Shown: positions 62,035 to 64,000 of the stretch, piece by piece | Layout of the letters: every line of letters starts with the position of its first letter | Numbering within the stretch: position 1 is the first letter of the stretch | From: an uncultured Bacilli bacterium | Lineage (GTDB): Bacteria > Bacillota_I > Bacilli_A > RF39 > UBA660 | Direction: 5' to 3' | NCBI GenBank assembly: GCA_949841325.1 | Contig: CATKZK010000001.1 | Span: forward strand, 4,733 to 68,732 | DNA length: 64,000 nt | Notes under the pieces: model-generated | Told to the model about the DNA's origin: nothing | The model's input: the letters and a program-made list of their open reading frames with translations, nothing else | Database searches by the model: none | Program-made: the position numbers and the translations under genes

Positions 62035-63135
62035 ATGTCTTTAAAAGCGGGAATTGTAGGTTTGCCAAATGTTGGAAAGTCTACCTTATTTAATGCAATT
62101 ACGAAAAAAAATATATTGGCGGCGAACTACCCATTTGCAACGATTGATCCAAATGTAGGTGTCGTTACTGTTCCAGATAGTAGGTTAGATTTTTTAGAAG
62201 AGTTATATAAACCAAAGAGTTTAGTGCCAACAGCTTATGAATTCATCGATATTGCAGGACTTGTAAAAGGTGCTAGTAATGGAGAGGGACTCGGAAATAA
62301 ATTCTTAAGTCATATTCGTGAAGTAGATGCGATTGTTGAAGTTGTAAGATGTTTTGATGATAAAGATATTACACATGTGGAAGGTTCAGTAGATCCTATA
62401 AGAGATATAGAAATATTAAATGTAGAATTGATCTTATCCGATTTAGAAATTGTCAATAATCGATTAAATAAATTAGGCAAGAAAGTGACGATGACAAAAG
62501 ATAAACAGGAACTTCTTGAAATCAATACATTAAAAAAGTGTATTGAAAATCTTGAGAAGAATATTCCGTTGAGGCTTGTTTCTTTTGATGAGGCAGAACA
62601 AACCGTTTTAAAAGCATTCTCATTTATCACAGCTAAACCTTTAATTTATGCTGCGAATGTTTCTGAAGATACGATTGCTGTAGGGAAAAATGAATATACG
62701 GAAATGGTGGCAGAATATGCAGCGAAAGAACAAGCTGGAGTTATTGTGATGTCAGCTAAGATAGAAGCTGAACTTGCCGCTTTGAGTGAAGATGAGAAAA
62801 TCTTATTTATGGAAGATTTAGGAATTCAAAATAGTGGACTTGATAAGCTTATCTATGCCACTTATCATTTACTAGGACTTAAAACTTTTTTTACAGCAGG
62901 TACAGATGAATGTCGTGCATGGACTTTTAAGACAGGAATGAAAGCACCTCAATGTGCAGGTATTATTCATACTGATTTTGAAAGAGGATTTATCAAAGCT
63001 GAAGTTATGAGTTTTGAACATTTAAAAGAATTTGGATCAGAATTGCGTGTAAAGGAAAATGGTAAGGTGCGATTAGAAGGCAAAGAATACGAGATGCAAG
63101 ATGGGGATATTGTCTATTTTAGATTTAATGTCTAA
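62035..63135 (+). CDS. ychF: ribosome-binding ATPase YchF
   Basis: GLPNVGKSTLFNA, the Obg-family YchF signature, and a C-terminal TGS domain. Confidence 0.95.
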   Translation: MSLKAGIVGLPNVGKSTLFNAITKKNILAANYPFATIDPNVGVVTVPDSRLDFLEELYKPKSLVPTAYEFIDIAGLVKGASNGEGLGNKFLSHIREVDAIVEVVRCFDDKDITHVEGSVDPIRDIEILNVELILSDLEIVNNRLNKLGKKVTMTKDKQELLEINTLKKCIENLEKNIPLRLVSFDEAEQTVLKAFSFITAKPLIYAANVSEDTIAVGKNEYTEMVAEYAAKEQAGVIVMSAKIEAELAALSEDEKILFMEDLGIQNSGLDKLIYATYHLLGLKTFFTAGTDECRAWTFKTGMKAPQCAGIIHTDFERGFIKAEVMSFEHLKEFGSELRVKENGKVRLEGKEYEMQDGDIVYFRFNV

Positions 63136-63153
63136 AGCATAATCGGGTGGTTT

Positions 63154-63828
63154 ATGGAAAGAACAATATGTGAATTAGTCATAAGTGTTAAAATCTATTC
63201 GTTTTTTAATACCACAATAGAATATGTCTTTAAAAGAGATTCACTAGATAAACTTGATGAAATGACGTATTTTAACCAAGATGCCAAGACCTTCTTTGAA
63301 AAATATAAAAAGGAAGTATATGTAGGAGTGCGACCTCAATATGAAAGAGAGTATGTTAGTGCAATTACTGATATAGCGTTAGGAGAAAATGGCATTTATA
63401 TACGAAAAAGGACAAAAAAGATTCGAGCATTATTTAAAAAGATAGATTATGGCAACCGTCAGTTTGATTTAGAATCGGTGGTCTTAAGTCGTCTTTACAA
63501 ACAAAATCTAACCGTTCTTTTTGCCTGTGATCAATACAGAAAAAGAATAGAGGATTATGATTCCTTTTTTGAAGACTTTTCAGATGATTTTTTAAAAAGA
63601 GCTCAGTTTGTTCAGTATAGTGAAGAGGACGTTTTATTCTTTTGGGAATATATCAAAGGTTTTAAAAGATTTTATCCATTACTTCGTTTTTTACTCGAAG
63701 ATTATAGTCATTATGATGGAGATATAAGTGAGTTTTTTATCAGAGAAGTTCCTGCAAAAGAGATTCAGTTATCAGAAAGAAAACCATCAAAAGAATTAAC
63801 GTATAGATTACCGTATAAAGATAATTAG
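63154..63828 (+). CDS. hypothetical protein
   Basis: 224-aa ORF; start uncertain. Confidence 0.4.
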   Translation: MERTICELVISVKIYSFFNTTIEYVFKRDSLDKLDEMTYFNQDAKTFFEKYKKEVYVGVRPQYEREYVSAITDIALGENGIYIRKRTKKIRALFKKIDYGNRQFDLESVVLSRLYKQNLTVLFACDQYRKRIEDYDSFFEDFSDDFLKRAQFVQYSEEDVLFFWEYIKGFKRFYPLLRFLLEDYSHYDGDISEFFIREVPAKEIQLSERKPSKELTYRLPYKDN

Positions 63829-63886
63829 AAGTAATTCCTCTTTTTATACTATTGATAGAAAGAAAAATAGTAAGGAGGGTATAAAG

Positions 63887-64000
63887 ATGTATAAAAGAAA
63901 TATTAATTTGAACCTTTATAAAACTTTCTATGATGTTGCACTTTATGGCAATATTTCGTTAGCTGCAAAAAAAACGTATACTTCACAACCAGCAATAAGC
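63887..64000 (+). CDS. LysR-family transcriptional regulator (5' fragment; continues beyond the window)
   Basis: N-terminal HTH LYKTFYDVALYGNISLAAKKTYTSQPAIS. Confidence 0.55.
   Translation, partial: MYKRNINLNLYKTFYDVALYGNISLAAKKTYTSQPAIS

Noticed and set aside
1-64000. CRISPR arrays, rRNA genes, transposases and integrases
   Set aside because: No regularly spaced direct repeats, rRNA-like sequence or DDE/tyrosine-recombinase motifs were seen. The only repeated elements are the 24-bp pair near 27.2 and 28.9 kb and short local palindromes.

Overview
Low-GC (roughly 30-33% GC) Firmicutes-type chromosomal segment, read with standard code 11. TGA, TAA and TAG all terminate recognisable genes. 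The backbone is conserved housekeeping genes: uvrA, lgt, an exonuclease III gene, mrnC-rlmB-sigH, dusB, rplK-rplA-rplJ-rplL, rpsL-rpsG-fusA-tuf, rplI-dnaB(dnaC)-M23 peptidase-walJ-rlmH-ung, htrA and ychF. rpoB/rpoC and secE/nusG are missing from their usual places, an arrangement that fits Erysipelotrichia or a Mollicutes-related Firmicute. Several accessory modules sit between the housekeeping blocks. (1) 5.3-10.2 kb: a Cys-capped collagen-like GXT-repeat protein, an overlapping GT2-TPR glycosyltransferase, and two tandem, unusually long sigma-70-like paralogs. (2) About 16.38-16.65 kb: a candidate type I toxin/antisense-RNA pair. (3) 25.0-29.2 kb: a 687-aa multi-HTH regulator and a very AT-rich transporter gene bracketed by a 24-bp repeat. 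(4) 30.1-34.3 kb: an orphan Clp-like AAA+ gene followed by an ABC-2 exporter. (5) 34.4-43.4 kb: a minus-strand island next to a tRNA-Trp gene, holding a CHAP hydrolase, a Fic protein, a PEP-utilising phosphotransferase, a transglutaminase-like protease, a methyltransferase pseudogene and unknowns. (6) 47.2-53.9 kb: a five-gene block of unknowns around a coiled-coil AAA_5 ATPase and a TelA-like protein. (7) 59.4-60.8 kb: an Abi_2 abortive-infection gene. All calls are by eye from motifs; no database search was possible.
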